From IMG/VR virus record IMGVR_UViG_3300023202_000247, positions 248,001 to 312,000 of that record: a DNA stretch of 64,000 nt. One strand, 5' to 3'. The position numbers and the translations under genes are program-made. Positions 30,991 through 40,599 of the stretch are shown piece by piece; within the stretch, counting starts at the first letter, position 1, and each line of letters starts with the position of its first letter. The notes under the pieces were generated by a model, which was given only the letters and a program-made list of their open reading frames with translations, was not told the DNA's origin and did no database searches.

Positions 30991-32145
30991 ATGAAAGTCA
31001 AAATACAAGGATTTCTTGGTACCAATCATAGTTGGAGTATAGTTCAGCAAAATATAGCTCGTGGTTTGCTAGCTAATGGCCATGATGTACATTTACAGTC
31101 AACTAATGGTTATGATAAATTTCCAAAAGATTTAGAGCCATATAAAAGGCGTGTCTTAGAAAAAGAATATGATATGCAGTTATCTTATACTGCAATGAAA
31201 AACTTTCACGCCTATTTGAGTAATGGTCAAAAAAATCGTTTTGGCATTTGGAATTTTGAGAGCACGGTATTACCAAAAGGTTTTGCCAAGTATCATAAGT
31301 TTGCAGATAAAATGTTGCCATCATCTGAGTTTGCAAAGAGTGTTTTTGTCAGAAATGGTGTTCCAGATGATAAGTTGGTTGTTATTCCGCATGGTATCAA
31401 TGTAGAAGAGTATTCTACTGATGATGTTTATCAGTTGCAAACTGATAAGAAAACAAAGATACTTACTAACATAGCTCAACCACATGTTCGCAAAAACCTT
31501 CCTGGTTTGTTTGAAGCTTATGGTATGGCATTTGATAAAAACGATGATGTATGCTTAGTTGCAAAAGTATCGGTGAAAAATTTTGATAATAACCATCAAA
31601 AGTCATTCAAAAACAGACGCGCTCAAAAAAGAGCGCAGCCAAAAGATAAAAATGATATTCAATACTTTGATGTTGACTTTTGGAAAATATATAAGTCTTT
31701 CAAAAACAAATTTCCTAATCATGCTGAAGTTGAAATCATAACGGATTTTTTACCAACTATGGCTCCATTGTATAATGCAACCGACATAGTTTATTCCATG
31801 ACGCATGCTGAATGCTTTTGGCTTCCTGGTTTAGAGGCTCTTGCAACGGATAATTTAGTAATTGCTCCTCGTTATGGTGGGCAGCTTGACTTTTTGAACG
31901 ATGAAAATTCTCTTTTAGTCGAGGGGAAGATTGTTCGAGCACCTAGAAACATGCAGTATTGGGTACCAAGCCCTTACGCTGAAATGTTCGAACCATCACT
32001 TGATGATGCCGCTGATAAGCTAAAACAAGCAGTATCACAATATGATGTTCTCATGAAAGACTTTCGCCCAAAAATGAAGGAACAAACTGATAGGTTGACA
32101 TGGAAAAATGTTGCTCGTATGATATTGGATTTGTGTGATGAGTAA
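30991..32145 (+). CDS. Glycosyltransferase, GT4-like (GT-B)
   Basis: IPHGIN, RKNLPGL and the C-terminal HAECFWLPGLEALA (E-x7-E-like) motif. Confidence 0.85.
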   Translation: MKVKIQGFLGTNHSWSIVQQNIARGLLANGHDVHLQSTNGYDKFPKDLEPYKRRVLEKEYDMQLSYTAMKNFHAYLSNGQKNRFGIWNFESTVLPKGFAKYHKFADKMLPSSEFAKSVFVRNGVPDDKLVVIPHGINVEEYSTDDVYQLQTDKKTKILTNIAQPHVRKNLPGLFEAYGMAFDKNDDVCLVAKVSVKNFDNNHQKSFKNRRAQKRAQPKDKNDIQYFDVDFWKIYKSFKNKFPNHAEVEIITDFLPTMAPLYNATDIVYSMTHAECFWLPGLEALATDNLVIAPRYGGQLDFLNDENSLLVEGKIVRAPRNMQYWVPSPYAEMFEPSLDDAADKLKQAVSQYDVLMKDFRPKMKEQTDRLTWKNVARMILDLCDE

Positions 32146-32416
32146 AAAGAAATCAAAAGTTTTACAAAAGCAAGAGTTACTGTATTATGCTTTGGAATCG
32201 GAAACGGGATACTCTTCTAATACACGTGAAATTTTCAAATCCATTGACTCTAGCTTTTTGGAGCGAAAATTGAAGGAAGGAAGTTGCCTTCTCGTTCCTG
32301 CCATGGAAGAGGTTTTTGACAAGAAAATACCATATGAGCGTGGCAATTTTGAAGAAGGTCGATTAAAATGGGTGGAGTATCTGAATGATATCAATAGTAA
32401 TACCAGTTCTAAATAA
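32135..32416 (+). CDS. Hypothetical protein
   Basis: 93-aa ORF overlapping both neighbours in the operon. Confidence 0.4.
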   Translation: MMSKKKSKVLQKQELLYYALESETGYSSNTREIFKSIDSSFLERKLKEGSCLLVPAMEEVFDKKIPYERGNFEEGRLKWVEYLNDINSNTSSK

Positions 32417-33086
32417 TTGGAATTTTACCAAAGCTTGCTTGCAAGACCTTCAAAAATTAACGGTTCCAAATGAAATCATTGTTGTTGACAATGGTAGTGA
32501 TGATAAAACTACACAGGAAATTGTGAATTTTGAAGGTATAATACATCATCGTTTTGAAGAAAACACTGGGTTTGCTCATGCTTGCAACAAAGGATTTACG
32601 ATTACCAAAGGTAAATATGTGTTGTTTTTAAACAATGATGTTCGTGTTCGTTCTCAACATTCCAACTGGGTTGAGCCGCTGATGAAAGCAGCTGATGGGC
32701 GAAAGCTCGTGGGTCCGACAGTTGGCGTCCTTACCAATGACTTCAATTTTGTCAAAGAAAGTGATTGTTTCATTGGTGATGACTATCAGTATTATATGAG
32801 TGGTTGGAATTTGACTGCTCTACGCTCTGTATTTGAAGACTTAACCTTGGAAGAATATGATGGGCCTTTTACCGAGGAGATGGGCAAGGCTTATTTTGAG
32901 GATACTGATTTGGGTTTTCGAGCGCGAGAACGAGGCATTGGTTTCGAGATTGTGAACGTACCCGTTCACCACTTTGGCAAAATGACCAGTAAAAAGCTAA
33001 ATACTTTATCATTGTATCAACCTGCAAAAATGAAATTCATACAAAAATGGAAAAACCGAGCTGGAAATATTACCTTAAAACACTGA
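32385..33086 (+). CDS. Glycosyltransferase, GT2
   Basis: MISIVIPVLN, IIVVDNGS, GFAHACNKG, LFLNND and YFEDTD motifs. Confidence 0.9.
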   Translation: MISIVIPVLNNWNFTKACLQDLQKLTVPNEIIVVDNGSDDKTTQEIVNFEGIIHHRFEENTGFAHACNKGFTITKGKYVLFLNNDVRVRSQHSNWVEPLMKAADGRKLVGPTVGVLTNDFNFVKESDCFIGDDYQYYMSGWNLTALRSVFEDLTLEEYDGPFTEEMGKAYFEDTDLGFRARERGIGFEIVNVPVHHFGKMTSKKLNTLSLYQPAKMKFIQKWKNRAGNITLKH

Positions 33087-33253
33087 TAGTAGTAGCCATA
33101 GTATTGATTCTACCATACATATCAGTGTTATTTACTTTTGCCATTACAACATTTTTTGGTGCTAGTGCCATTGTTTGCATCAAACTTTCGTTATTTGTCG
33201 GTATTACAGTTGCAATATTGCTTGGATTTTTAATCATAAAAGGACAATTATGA
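33047..33253 (+). CDS. Small two-TM membrane protein
   Basis: 68 aa, nearly all hydrophobic. Its TGA overlaps the next ATG (ATGA at 33250-33253). Confidence 0.45.
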   Translation: MEKPSWKYYLKTLIVVAIVLILPYISVLFTFAITTFFGASAIVCIKLSLFVGITVAILLGFLIIKGQL

Positions 33254-34041
33254 AGATTCATGTGTTAACACTAACCTGGAATGCTCTTAATAAATTGCGT
33301 GCAAATAGCGAACACTTGTTTATCGCCATGAATGATTTTGATTGGACATGGCATTTGAGAGATAATGGTTCCAAGGATGAAACCGTGGCTGAATTCTCTG
33401 ATAAGCAAAACGTATGTTTATACGATATTGGACATAATCGTGATACGTTTGCAATGGGCATGAATTATCTATTTAAAAAAGCATCGCCGGCTAAAGATGA
33501 TGTGCTATTACTATTGAACAATGATGTTTCTGTTGGACGAGAAAGTATCAAGCAAATGCATTCTCTCATGACAAAAACAAAAGCAGATGTTGTTGGTTGT
33601 CGTTTGTTGTATAATGGTACAAACAAACTTCAACATGCTGGAGTTATCTTTGGACCCAGGTATAACAATTTACCATTTCATTTTCGGCCAGGAGAAGTTT
33701 CCGACTCGAATGCTGAAAAGGACCGTTATTTTCAAGCCGTTACAGCTGCTTGTTGTTTGGTAAAGGCATCTGCGTGGGAAGCAGTTGGAGGTATGGATGA
33801 AGATTTCAAATGGGCTTTTGATGACGTAACACTTTGTTTGAGTATAAAAAACAATGGAGGTAAAATTGCCTATTGTGGCAAAACCAAGTCATTCCATGAA
33901 GAGAGCGCATCTTTAAAGAAAAATCCCGTAAATAAGATGTTCATTCAGCATAATGTATCAAAGTTTAAAGAAAAATGGTCTGGTCGTTATGATATAGATC
34001 ATGATAAATATCTAAAAGATTCTAACTATAATGTAATATGA
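33250..34041 (+). CDS. Glycosyltransferase, GT2
   Basis: Start reassigned to ATG 33250 (MKIHVLTLTWN). RDNGS, LLLNND, QHAG, AVTAAC and FDDV motifs. Confidence 0.88.
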   Translation: MKIHVLTLTWNALNKLRANSEHLFIAMNDFDWTWHLRDNGSKDETVAEFSDKQNVCLYDIGHNRDTFAMGMNYLFKKASPAKDDVLLLLNNDVSVGRESIKQMHSLMTKTKADVVGCRLLYNGTNKLQHAGVIFGPRYNNLPFHFRPGEVSDSNAEKDRYFQAVTAACCLVKASAWEAVGGMDEDFKWAFDDVTLCLSIKNNGGKIAYCGKTKSFHEESASLKKNPVNKMFIQHNVSKFKEKWSGRYDIDHDKYLKDSNYNVI

Positions 34042-34949
34042 TTATCAGTACTAAATACTTTCCATTTTCTCCAGGAATACCGTGGAAGATGCGTAAAGGA
34101 AAGTATTTGATTCCAGAAATTGAACAGGGTGTTTGGGAACGTGCTGTTAAAAATAAAGATGGAGTTGTGCTTTGCTATGGTGGCTTTCTAGAGAGTTTAT
34201 TTTCTTTAGCATATGGTGAGATGCTGGTGCGCGTAAAGCCTCAGATGAAACTGTTTTGGGCCGGCAATCCAGCATTTCATGCAATGATAAAAGAGCATGG
34301 GTTATTCAAACCAATAGATTTTCCAAATATTAGTCATAAATATCCCGTGCCTTTATTTATGAATGATCATTTTGTGTATTTTAACTGCTTGAATAATTAT
34401 TTGATTAGGTCACCATGGTATGGTGAGCCGAAAAAAATTAATAGAAACTTGATATCCAAACAGTTATTTTGCAATTCATTGGTTGAATGGTCGTCACGAT
34501 ATGTTCCAAATATTCGTCATGGCTCTGATAAAACTGGAAAGTATGTACTCATAATACTAAATGAGCACAATCACGATTTTGACACATTAAATTGGGATTG
34601 GCAATATGTTAGAGAATTTGCATCCATGATGCATGGCTCGATACCAGTTGTTGTAATGGCTGAAAAAGATATGCCTCACTACTCTAAACATTATGAGTTT
34701 CAAAAATTGCAACAGCATCATATAACACTCAACATGTTAAATAATGCTTGGATGGTTTTGTCAAACGATGTGCATTTTTTAATAGCTGCAATACTATTAC
34801 AACGCCCACATATACTATCTTTACCGTTTAAAGATAACAGATTTCACTTGTTAAAAAATGCAGAATTTTTGGACAATGAGAGCGTTATATTAGTAACTGA
34901 AGATTTAAAACCATACTACGTATATCAAATTTGTGAAGGAATGAAATGA
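34038..34949 (+). CDS. Putative glycosyltransferase (GT9-like)
   Basis: GGFLES-x-x-S N-terminal loop and LNNAWMVLSND segment resemble GT9 GT-B motifs, in a glycosyltransferase cluster. Confidence 0.4.
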   Translation: MIISTKYFPFSPGIPWKMRKGKYLIPEIEQGVWERAVKNKDGVVLCYGGFLESLFSLAYGEMLVRVKPQMKLFWAGNPAFHAMIKEHGLFKPIDFPNISHKYPVPLFMNDHFVYFNCLNNYLIRSPWYGEPKKINRNLISKQLFCNSLVEWSSRYVPNIRHGSDKTGKYVLIILNEHNHDFDTLNWDWQYVREFASMMHGSIPVVVMAEKDMPHYSKHYEFQKLQQHHITLNMLNNAWMVLSNDVHFLIAAILLQRPHILSLPFKDNRFHLLKNAEFLDNESVILVTEDLKPYYVYQICEGMK

Positions 34950-35704
34950 GTCAAGAAGAAGCAACAATAATGATGGTAACATATAATCGATTAGAACTTA
35001 CTAAAAGGATGTTGGATTCATTGTTTCAAAAAACAAAATATCCATTTAACATTGTTATCGTTGATAATGGTTCTACAGATGGAACCGTTGAATTTTTAAC
35101 TGATTATTTTGAAAACAGCAAAGCTGATGTTGTTGCAGCTACACTCTTCTTTAATAATAAAAACAAAGGAATAGCTGTTGGTCGTAATCAAGCTATGAAA
35201 ATTGCTGATGAAAATTTTCCAAACACAAAGTGGTATTGTACGATAGACAATGATGTAGAGTTACCATCTGGTTGGCTTACCGAATGTATAGACATCATGT
35301 CGAAAAATCCAAAGTATGGAATGATTGGTGTCAATATGGAGACCAAACCATACCCACTCGTTACTAAAAATGGAAAGACATTTCAAAATAAACCAGCGGG
35401 AAACCTGGGAACAGCATGCATGGTATTTCCAAAATCCATACACCAAATGCTCGGGTTTTTCAATACAGAATATGGTTTGTATGGAGAAGAAGATGCTGAT
35501 TGGGGTATGAGGGGACGAGTGCTCGGAATTTCCATGGGTTATGTTGAAGAGATGGGAAATCATTTTGGCGTAGGAGAAAATGATCAGGGTGAATATCGAG
35601 AGTGGAAGACTGAAAAACATAGTGAAAACTTAACGCAGTTTAATCAAAATTGCGCGGCATACGCTTCCAAGCACAAGCAACTTTACATTCCATACAAGGA
35701 GTAA
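34946..35704 (+). CDS. Glycosyltransferase, GT2
   Basis: MVTYNRL, IVDNGSTDGT, GIAVGRNQA, IDNDV and YGEEDADW motifs. Confidence 0.9.
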   Translation: MSQEEATIMMVTYNRLELTKRMLDSLFQKTKYPFNIVIVDNGSTDGTVEFLTDYFENSKADVVAATLFFNNKNKGIAVGRNQAMKIADENFPNTKWYCTIDNDVELPSGWLTECIDIMSKNPKYGMIGVNMETKPYPLVTKNGKTFQNKPAGNLGTACMVFPKSIHQMLGFFNTEYGLYGEEDADWGMRGRVLGISMGYVEEMGNHFGVGENDQGEYREWKTEKHSENLTQFNQNCAAYASKHKQLYIPYKE

Positions 35705-35705
35705 C

Positions 35706-37808
35706 GTGGGATCAAATCTCATAAAAGAGATTCCTGGGAAGGAGCTGCGAGACTATGTAAAATCTTCTCGTGCATGTAACTTTACCAATGCTGGTGCGGC
35801 TTTGGAAGCAAAATTTGGACTATTGGATTTGGAGTTTGATAGCGTTGAAGGAGCAGAGCGCGTTGCTTTGAAATTACGTCGTCAAGGTGGTAATGGTAAA
35901 GTAGCAATAGTTTGTGGCTCAAATGTGGTTGAACAAAATGTTATAAGCAATAAAAGCCAATTTCTATCTATAGAGTTGGATAAAAGTTTTGTTAGTATAA
36001 AACGCCCAGTTAAAAGCTCTGGAGTTTTAGAAGTCTTATCTGTTTTAGTTTATTCAGATAAAGACATTGGTATCGTTGAACAAAAAAACTGGAAGTCTAT
36101 TTTAAGTGGTTGTAAGTACCGTAATATGAAGATAGTAGGCAATAGGTTGCTTGCATCAGAAGGGGCAAAAATAGAATCGAAAGGTATTGATTTTATCGAT
36201 ACCAACCCTCCCAATTGTGCGCGTATTGATGAATCCGGGGCACAATTTGTATCCAGTTGTGAAATTTTTGATATCGGAATTTCTAGAATTGGAGGTAAAA
36301 AGAAGTCCATTAACATTCCACATTTTGATGCTCCCCTTGATATCGGACCTCCGGTTGAGACGATGGATGCGGAACCCAAAGTTATACCAAGCAAGATAAA
36401 TATCAAAGCACCGGTTAAAAACCCCACTCCTTCATCCAAAGGCGCTAGTGTTTTGTTTGATTCCGGTAAAACTGGTTTCTCTATGGAGGCTGTCAAAACA
36501 GCTGGTGGTGCAAGTATACTAAACTCTAAATCTATAAAAATTGGTCATCGAGGATGTATATCTCTTCCTGTTAGTACTATAGAGGCCAATACACCTTATA
36601 TAATTATCGCCGAGGCTGTAAGTTCCCGTGGCAATGGTAAGATGATTGCTTATATAGGTGAAGAAGCTTATAAGGCTGCATTTGGAGTTGCCAATGCAAT
36701 GAAGAGAAATGTCCACTTCAATGTAAAAAGCGGTGCGCCTCCGGCTCAGGGTTCGTTTCGTTTGTTTATAGAAAGGCCACAGTCTTCAACTGGAGAAATA
36801 ATTATAACAAGAATAATGTTGATAAATGCTCCGGCAACTGAGGAGAAGACAACTCAAATCCTTAGAAGAACTTTGCCACAAAACAACATAAATCTAAATC
36901 GTTCTTCGCGGAGTTTGTATACTGATGATATTGCTGACAAAACCATGGCGGCTTTGAAGAGGTATGCTAGGTTTGCCAATGATGTAAACCCACCAGCAAA
37001 ATTTGGTGTGTCTGGAACAATTGACATTTCAACAGCTTGTGGAATGAGTTGGTTTAGCAAAGTGAAAACATTTTTTCCGGACATCAAGCACATTCAAGGC
37101 GGCAAACCCGATTTGTTCATAGGAAGACCGGGCGCTTTGCGCCCAGCAAAAAACCTTCTCGTGGAAGAATTTTTCGGTGAGCTTTCAGATGAAGATATAA
37201 AACATGTAAAAAATGCTAATCATGTTTTTACTACATCAGAAAGTAATATTATGTTTTTATCAAAACATAATAAAAATGTAGAGATTATTAGCAAAGTGTG
37301 GCCGGTTATTACTGCTCAAAGGGTTCTTCCAGTAAACTTTAAATATGTTTTAGTTTTCAACAGAAGTTTCAAGAACACCGGCATTGTAGTGAAGTCACAT
37401 ATAGATGGAATGCCTAAATTTGTTGTTGCTGGCGCACGAGGTGTACTTCCACCATTTTGTTTTTTAACCAACGAATATCTCAACTATTCTAATCTGATAG
37501 ATTTAATTGGGCGCGCTTCTTGTATCGTTGATTTACCACAAATGAATGATTACAACAGCGCTGTGTTGAATTTGGCACATAATATCGGTGTACCCATAGT
37601 TACTACAAATTGGTGGGGTATGCACAAAGATAATGTTCAATATATTTCCTCTGAAGTGCATAAAGGAATAGCATGCCCAAATCCAAAAGAGTTGAGGGAA
37701 GCCATTGAAAAAGCTTTAACTCAAGAGAAAAAACCTACTGCTTTGATTGCAAATCAAAACAAATTATTGCATCAAACCATGGCTAAGCTTCTAAAAACTC
37801 AACTATAA
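35706..37808 (+). CDS. Multidomain protein: two repeated beta-sandwich-like units plus C-terminal GT-B-like region
   Basis: Repeated GNGK and RPxxS(S/T)G motifs. The C-terminal LIGRASCIVDL...AHNIGVPIVTT resembles the GT-B nucleotide-binding half. Confidence 0.45.
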   Translation: MGSNLIKEIPGKELRDYVKSSRACNFTNAGAALEAKFGLLDLEFDSVEGAERVALKLRRQGGNGKVAIVCGSNVVEQNVISNKSQFLSIELDKSFVSIKRPVKSSGVLEVLSVLVYSDKDIGIVEQKNWKSILSGCKYRNMKIVGNRLLASEGAKIESKGIDFIDTNPPNCARIDESGAQFVSSCEIFDIGISRIGGKKKSINIPHFDAPLDIGPPVETMDAEPKVIPSKINIKAPVKNPTPSSKGASVLFDSGKTGFSMEAVKTAGGASILNSKSIKIGHRGCISLPVSTIEANTPYIIIAEAVSSRGNGKMIAYIGEEAYKAAFGVANAMKRNVHFNVKSGAPPAQGSFRLFIERPQSSTGEIIITRIMLINAPATEEKTTQILRRTLPQNNINLNRSSRSLYTDDIADKTMAALKRYARFANDVNPPAKFGVSGTIDISTACGMSWFSKVKTFFPDIKHIQGGKPDLFIGRPGALRPAKNLLVEEFFGELSDEDIKHVKNANHVFTTSESNIMFLSKHNKNVEIISKVWPVITAQRVLPVNFKYVLVFNRSFKNTGIVVKSHIDGMPKFVVAGARGVLPPFCFLTNEYLNYSNLIDLIGRASCIVDLPQMNDYNSAVLNLAHNIGVPIVTTNWWGMHKDNVQYISSEVHKGIACPNPKELREAIEKALTQEKKPTALIANQNKLLHQTMAKLLKTQL

Positions 37809-38734
37809 GCTTCTATCATTTTGCGATACATTCTGTCGTAAGATATGACATGGAAAAGACCGTCAGGTTTTTCTAGATTTTCCAATACAGATGTTTTCAT
37901 GGCCTCATATTTTTGGCCGTTGAACTCATTCATTACTTTTGTTAAAGCATGCCAATTAACCTTGATATTTTTGCCATTCTTTTGAACGAATTGTCGTAAG
38001 TCAATGTATGAGTTTGGAGCAAAGCCTAAGTCGTTTATATTGTAACAGCCGATGTATAAAGGGCAAGCCCCTCCAAACCAAGCCTCTGGCAGTTTCTCTG
38101 TAAAGTAGTTATGAGAAAATTGTTGATGATAACAGTTTTCAGTACATATGGTAAATTTGGCATCTTTCAATATTGACATTTTGTTTGGTACGGAACCTTT
38201 ATAATAAGGTTTTTTCATGGGAATTTGTCCATACCATGACACATTCCAATCTTTGTGGCGATGAAACATGTCCGCAAGCATGGTTCTCAGCGTGTATATT
38301 TCCGAGATGTGCTTGGATGATTTTCTGCTTGCTATAAATACTATTTCATTTTTTCGTTGATTCCAGGGCTTGGACCAATTTTGAGCTATAGCATCCTTAG
38401 ATGGTGGAAATTTACAACTTGGATGATTAATTTCAATAACTTTTTGTTTTATGCTGTGGCTTGTAATAGCTTTTGACGCCCATGTGAATATGTATTTGAA
38501 TCGTTTCAAATATTCTACACGGTAATCTGGTTCATGAACACAGCGCGGCTCTATTACCAACGCAGAGTCATCAGGTTGAGGATTCCGCAAATAATACCAA
38601 CTCATTGTAATATTGTGTTTTTTACCATCACGTCTATTTGATAACCACACGATGCCATTTTCATCTTCATAATGGACTACTGGAGATTTTTTGTGGGGCC
38701 CGTAAATAAGGTTAATCTCTACTTTTTTGCTCAT
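37799..38734 (-). CDS. Alpha-1,3/1,4-fucosyltransferase-like, GT10
   Basis: KFTICTENC...NYFTEKLPEAWFGGACPLYIG matches the GT10 alpha-1,3-FucT motif. Confidence 0.8.
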   Translation of the reverse strand: MSKKVEINLIYGPHKKSPVVHYEDENGIVWLSNRRDGKKHNITMSWYYLRNPQPDDSALVIEPRCVHEPDYRVEYLKRFKYIFTWASKAITSHSIKQKVIEINHPSCKFPPSKDAIAQNWSKPWNQRKNEIVFIASRKSSKHISEIYTLRTMLADMFHRHKDWNVSWYGQIPMKKPYYKGSVPNKMSILKDAKFTICTENCYHQQFSHNYFTEKLPEAWFGGACPLYIGCYNINDLGFAPNSYIDLRQFVQKNGKNIKVNWHALTKVMNEFNGQKYEAMKTSVLENLEKPDGLFHVISYDRMYRKMIEAYS

Positions 38735-38739
38735 CTATT

Positions 38740-38748
38740 TGATATATA
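38740..38748 (+). promoter_or_regulatory. Putative extended -10 promoter TGATATATA, 7 nt before ATG 38756
   Basis: Motif copy in a 21-bp divergent spacer. Confidence 0.55.
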
Positions 38749-38751
38749 ACT
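38743..38751 (-). promoter_or_regulatory. Putative reverse promoter AGTTATATA, 8 nt before the GT10 ATG (38734)
   Basis: The same palindromic TATATA hexamer read on the minus strand. Confidence 0.4.
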
Positions 38752-38755
38752 AGTT

Positions 38756-39508
38756 ATGGTATCTGGTGCAAAAATTGTTGTCATGATTCCAAGTTACAAC
38801 AATTGTAAATGGTATGACAAAAATCTGATGTCGGTTTTGTCTCAAGATTATGACAACTTTCGTATTATTTATACTGACGATTGCTCGACAGATAAAACCG
38901 GTGAGTTGGTTAAGAGTTTTCTGGAAAAGAAAAACTATTTTGATAAAGTAACTTTTATTCAAAATACTGAACGTTTGGGGGCATTGGCTAATCAATATAA
39001 TATGGTTCATTCTTGTGATGATGATGAGATAGTTATTACTTTAGATGGTGATGATTGGTTTGCCAACGCACAAGTTTTACGTCGAGTTGAACAAGCTTAT
39101 GCAGATGGCAAAACTTGGATCACATATGGGCAATACAAAGATTGGCCGTCTGGAGGGCGCGGATGTTCCAGGCCCATACCAAAAGAGATAATTGATAAAA
39201 ATTGTTATCGTACATCACCATGGTGTACTTCTCACTTGAGAACATTTTACGCATGGCTGTTCAAGAAAATCAAGCGAGAAGATTTGATGGATGGCAATGG
39301 TCAGTTTTACCAAATGACTGGTGACTTGTTTACAATGTTTCCCATGATTGAAATGGCTGGGTATCATTCTAAATACATTGATGATATTTTGTATATTTAC
39401 AATGTGTCAAATCCTATAAATGATAGTAAAGTTAATAGGACGAGGCAGATAGATTTAGAACGAATTGCTCGTTACAAACCACGTTATACACCTCTAAAAG
39501 AAAAATGA
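38756..39508 (+). CDS. Glycosyltransferase, GT2
   Basis: IPSYN, IIYTDDCSTD and TLDGDDW motifs. Confidence 0.88.
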   Translation: MVSGAKIVVMIPSYNNCKWYDKNLMSVLSQDYDNFRIIYTDDCSTDKTGELVKSFLEKKNYFDKVTFIQNTERLGALANQYNMVHSCDDDEIVITLDGDDWFANAQVLRRVEQAYADGKTWITYGQYKDWPSGGRGCSRPIPKEIIDKNCYRTSPWCTSHLRTFYAWLFKKIKREDLMDGNGQFYQMTGDLFTMFPMIEMAGYHSKYIDDILYIYNVSNPINDSKVNRTRQIDLERIARYKPRYTPLKEK

Positions 39509-40218
39509 TCACATTTTTGGAATTGGGAAAATATGGACGTATGGGAAATGCCATGTTTCAAATGGCCGCAGCTATTGGCTTAGCTACGAAACATAATGAT
39601 TCATATATATTTCCCAAATGGGAATATGAAAATTTTTTCAACATAAATTCTTTTGATGACAATGTTCGTGCAAGGGTACGTTCAAAATATGAAGAGTCAC
39701 ATTATGTTTACAAAGAGATACCTTACAAAGAAAACTTGAATATTCATGGTTATTTTCAAAGTTATAAATATTTTAATCACTGTGAAGGTGTTATCAAAAA
39801 AGAACTTTCTCCAAATTTGACTTTTCCAAAATTTGAGCGTGTTTGCAGCGTTCATGTTAGAAGAGGTGACTACTTAAAATTTCCACGGCATCATCCATTA
39901 TGTTCAATTGATTATTACAAAAAAGCTATGCAACAAATGGATGTAGAAAAGTTCATGATTTTCAGTGATGATATTCCGTGGTGCAAACAACATTTTCATG
40001 GAAACGTGGAATTTGTTGAGGGAAATCCGTGTTACACCGATCTTGCCCTCATGATGAGTTGTGATCATCACATCATTGCAAACTCATCATTTTCGTGGTG
40101 GGGTGCATGGCTTGCTGGTTCGAAAAAAGTTATTGCTCCTGCCAGATGGTTTGGAGTTGCATTGGAACGTACACACCCAACTCATGATTTGATTCCTTCA
40201 AAGTGGGTGAGACTATGA
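39505..40218 (+). CDS. Alpha-1,2-fucosyltransferase-like, GT11
   Basis: GRMGNAMFQ, VHVRRGDY, FSDDIPWC and IIANSSFSWWGAWL are the hallmark GT11 motifs. Confidence 0.9.
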   Translation: MITFLELGKYGRMGNAMFQMAAAIGLATKHNDSYIFPKWEYENFFNINSFDDNVRARVRSKYEESHYVYKEIPYKENLNIHGYFQSYKYFNHCEGVIKKELSPNLTFPKFERVCSVHVRRGDYLKFPRHHPLCSIDYYKKAMQQMDVEKFMIFSDDIPWCKQHFHGNVEFVEGNPCYTDLALMMSCDHHIIANSSFSWWGAWLAGSKKVIAPARWFGVALERTHPTHDLIPSKWVRL

Positions 40219-40598
40219 CAAACGTTAAATATAGCATTAATGAAACTTTTTTTAGTGAAATTAATTCAAAAGATAAAGCATATATTCTTGGTTTTATATG
40301 GGGCGACGGTTGCATTACTACTAAGCTGTATAGGTTAAGTATTGAACTAGCCTCTTCTGATCTTGAAATATTATATTGCAAAAAACATAAAAATAGCACT
40401 AAGAAAAAGCTTAGGGAGGCGAATTTAGGTGAAAAATGCGGCAATTCAAAGCTTAAAGATAAAGATGTTGGCTTTATCAAAAGACATCCTAATCATAAAG
40501 CATCAGAGTTGGCCAAAATGTTTAATATCTCTCCAGGAACTGTCAGATCCATAAGACGGGGAGACACATGGTCTCATGTGAAAGTTAAGGAGGTTTAA
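40215..40598 (+). pseudogene. Internally deleted homing endonuclease remnant (LAGLIDADG N-terminus, NUMOD3, HTH)
   Basis: FFSEINSKDKAYILGFIWGDG is joined directly to KKHKNSTKKKLREANLG (NUMOD3-like) and ELAKMFNISPGTVRSIRRG-x-TW (HTH). About 127 aa in total. Confidence 0.6.
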
Positions 40599-40599
40599 A

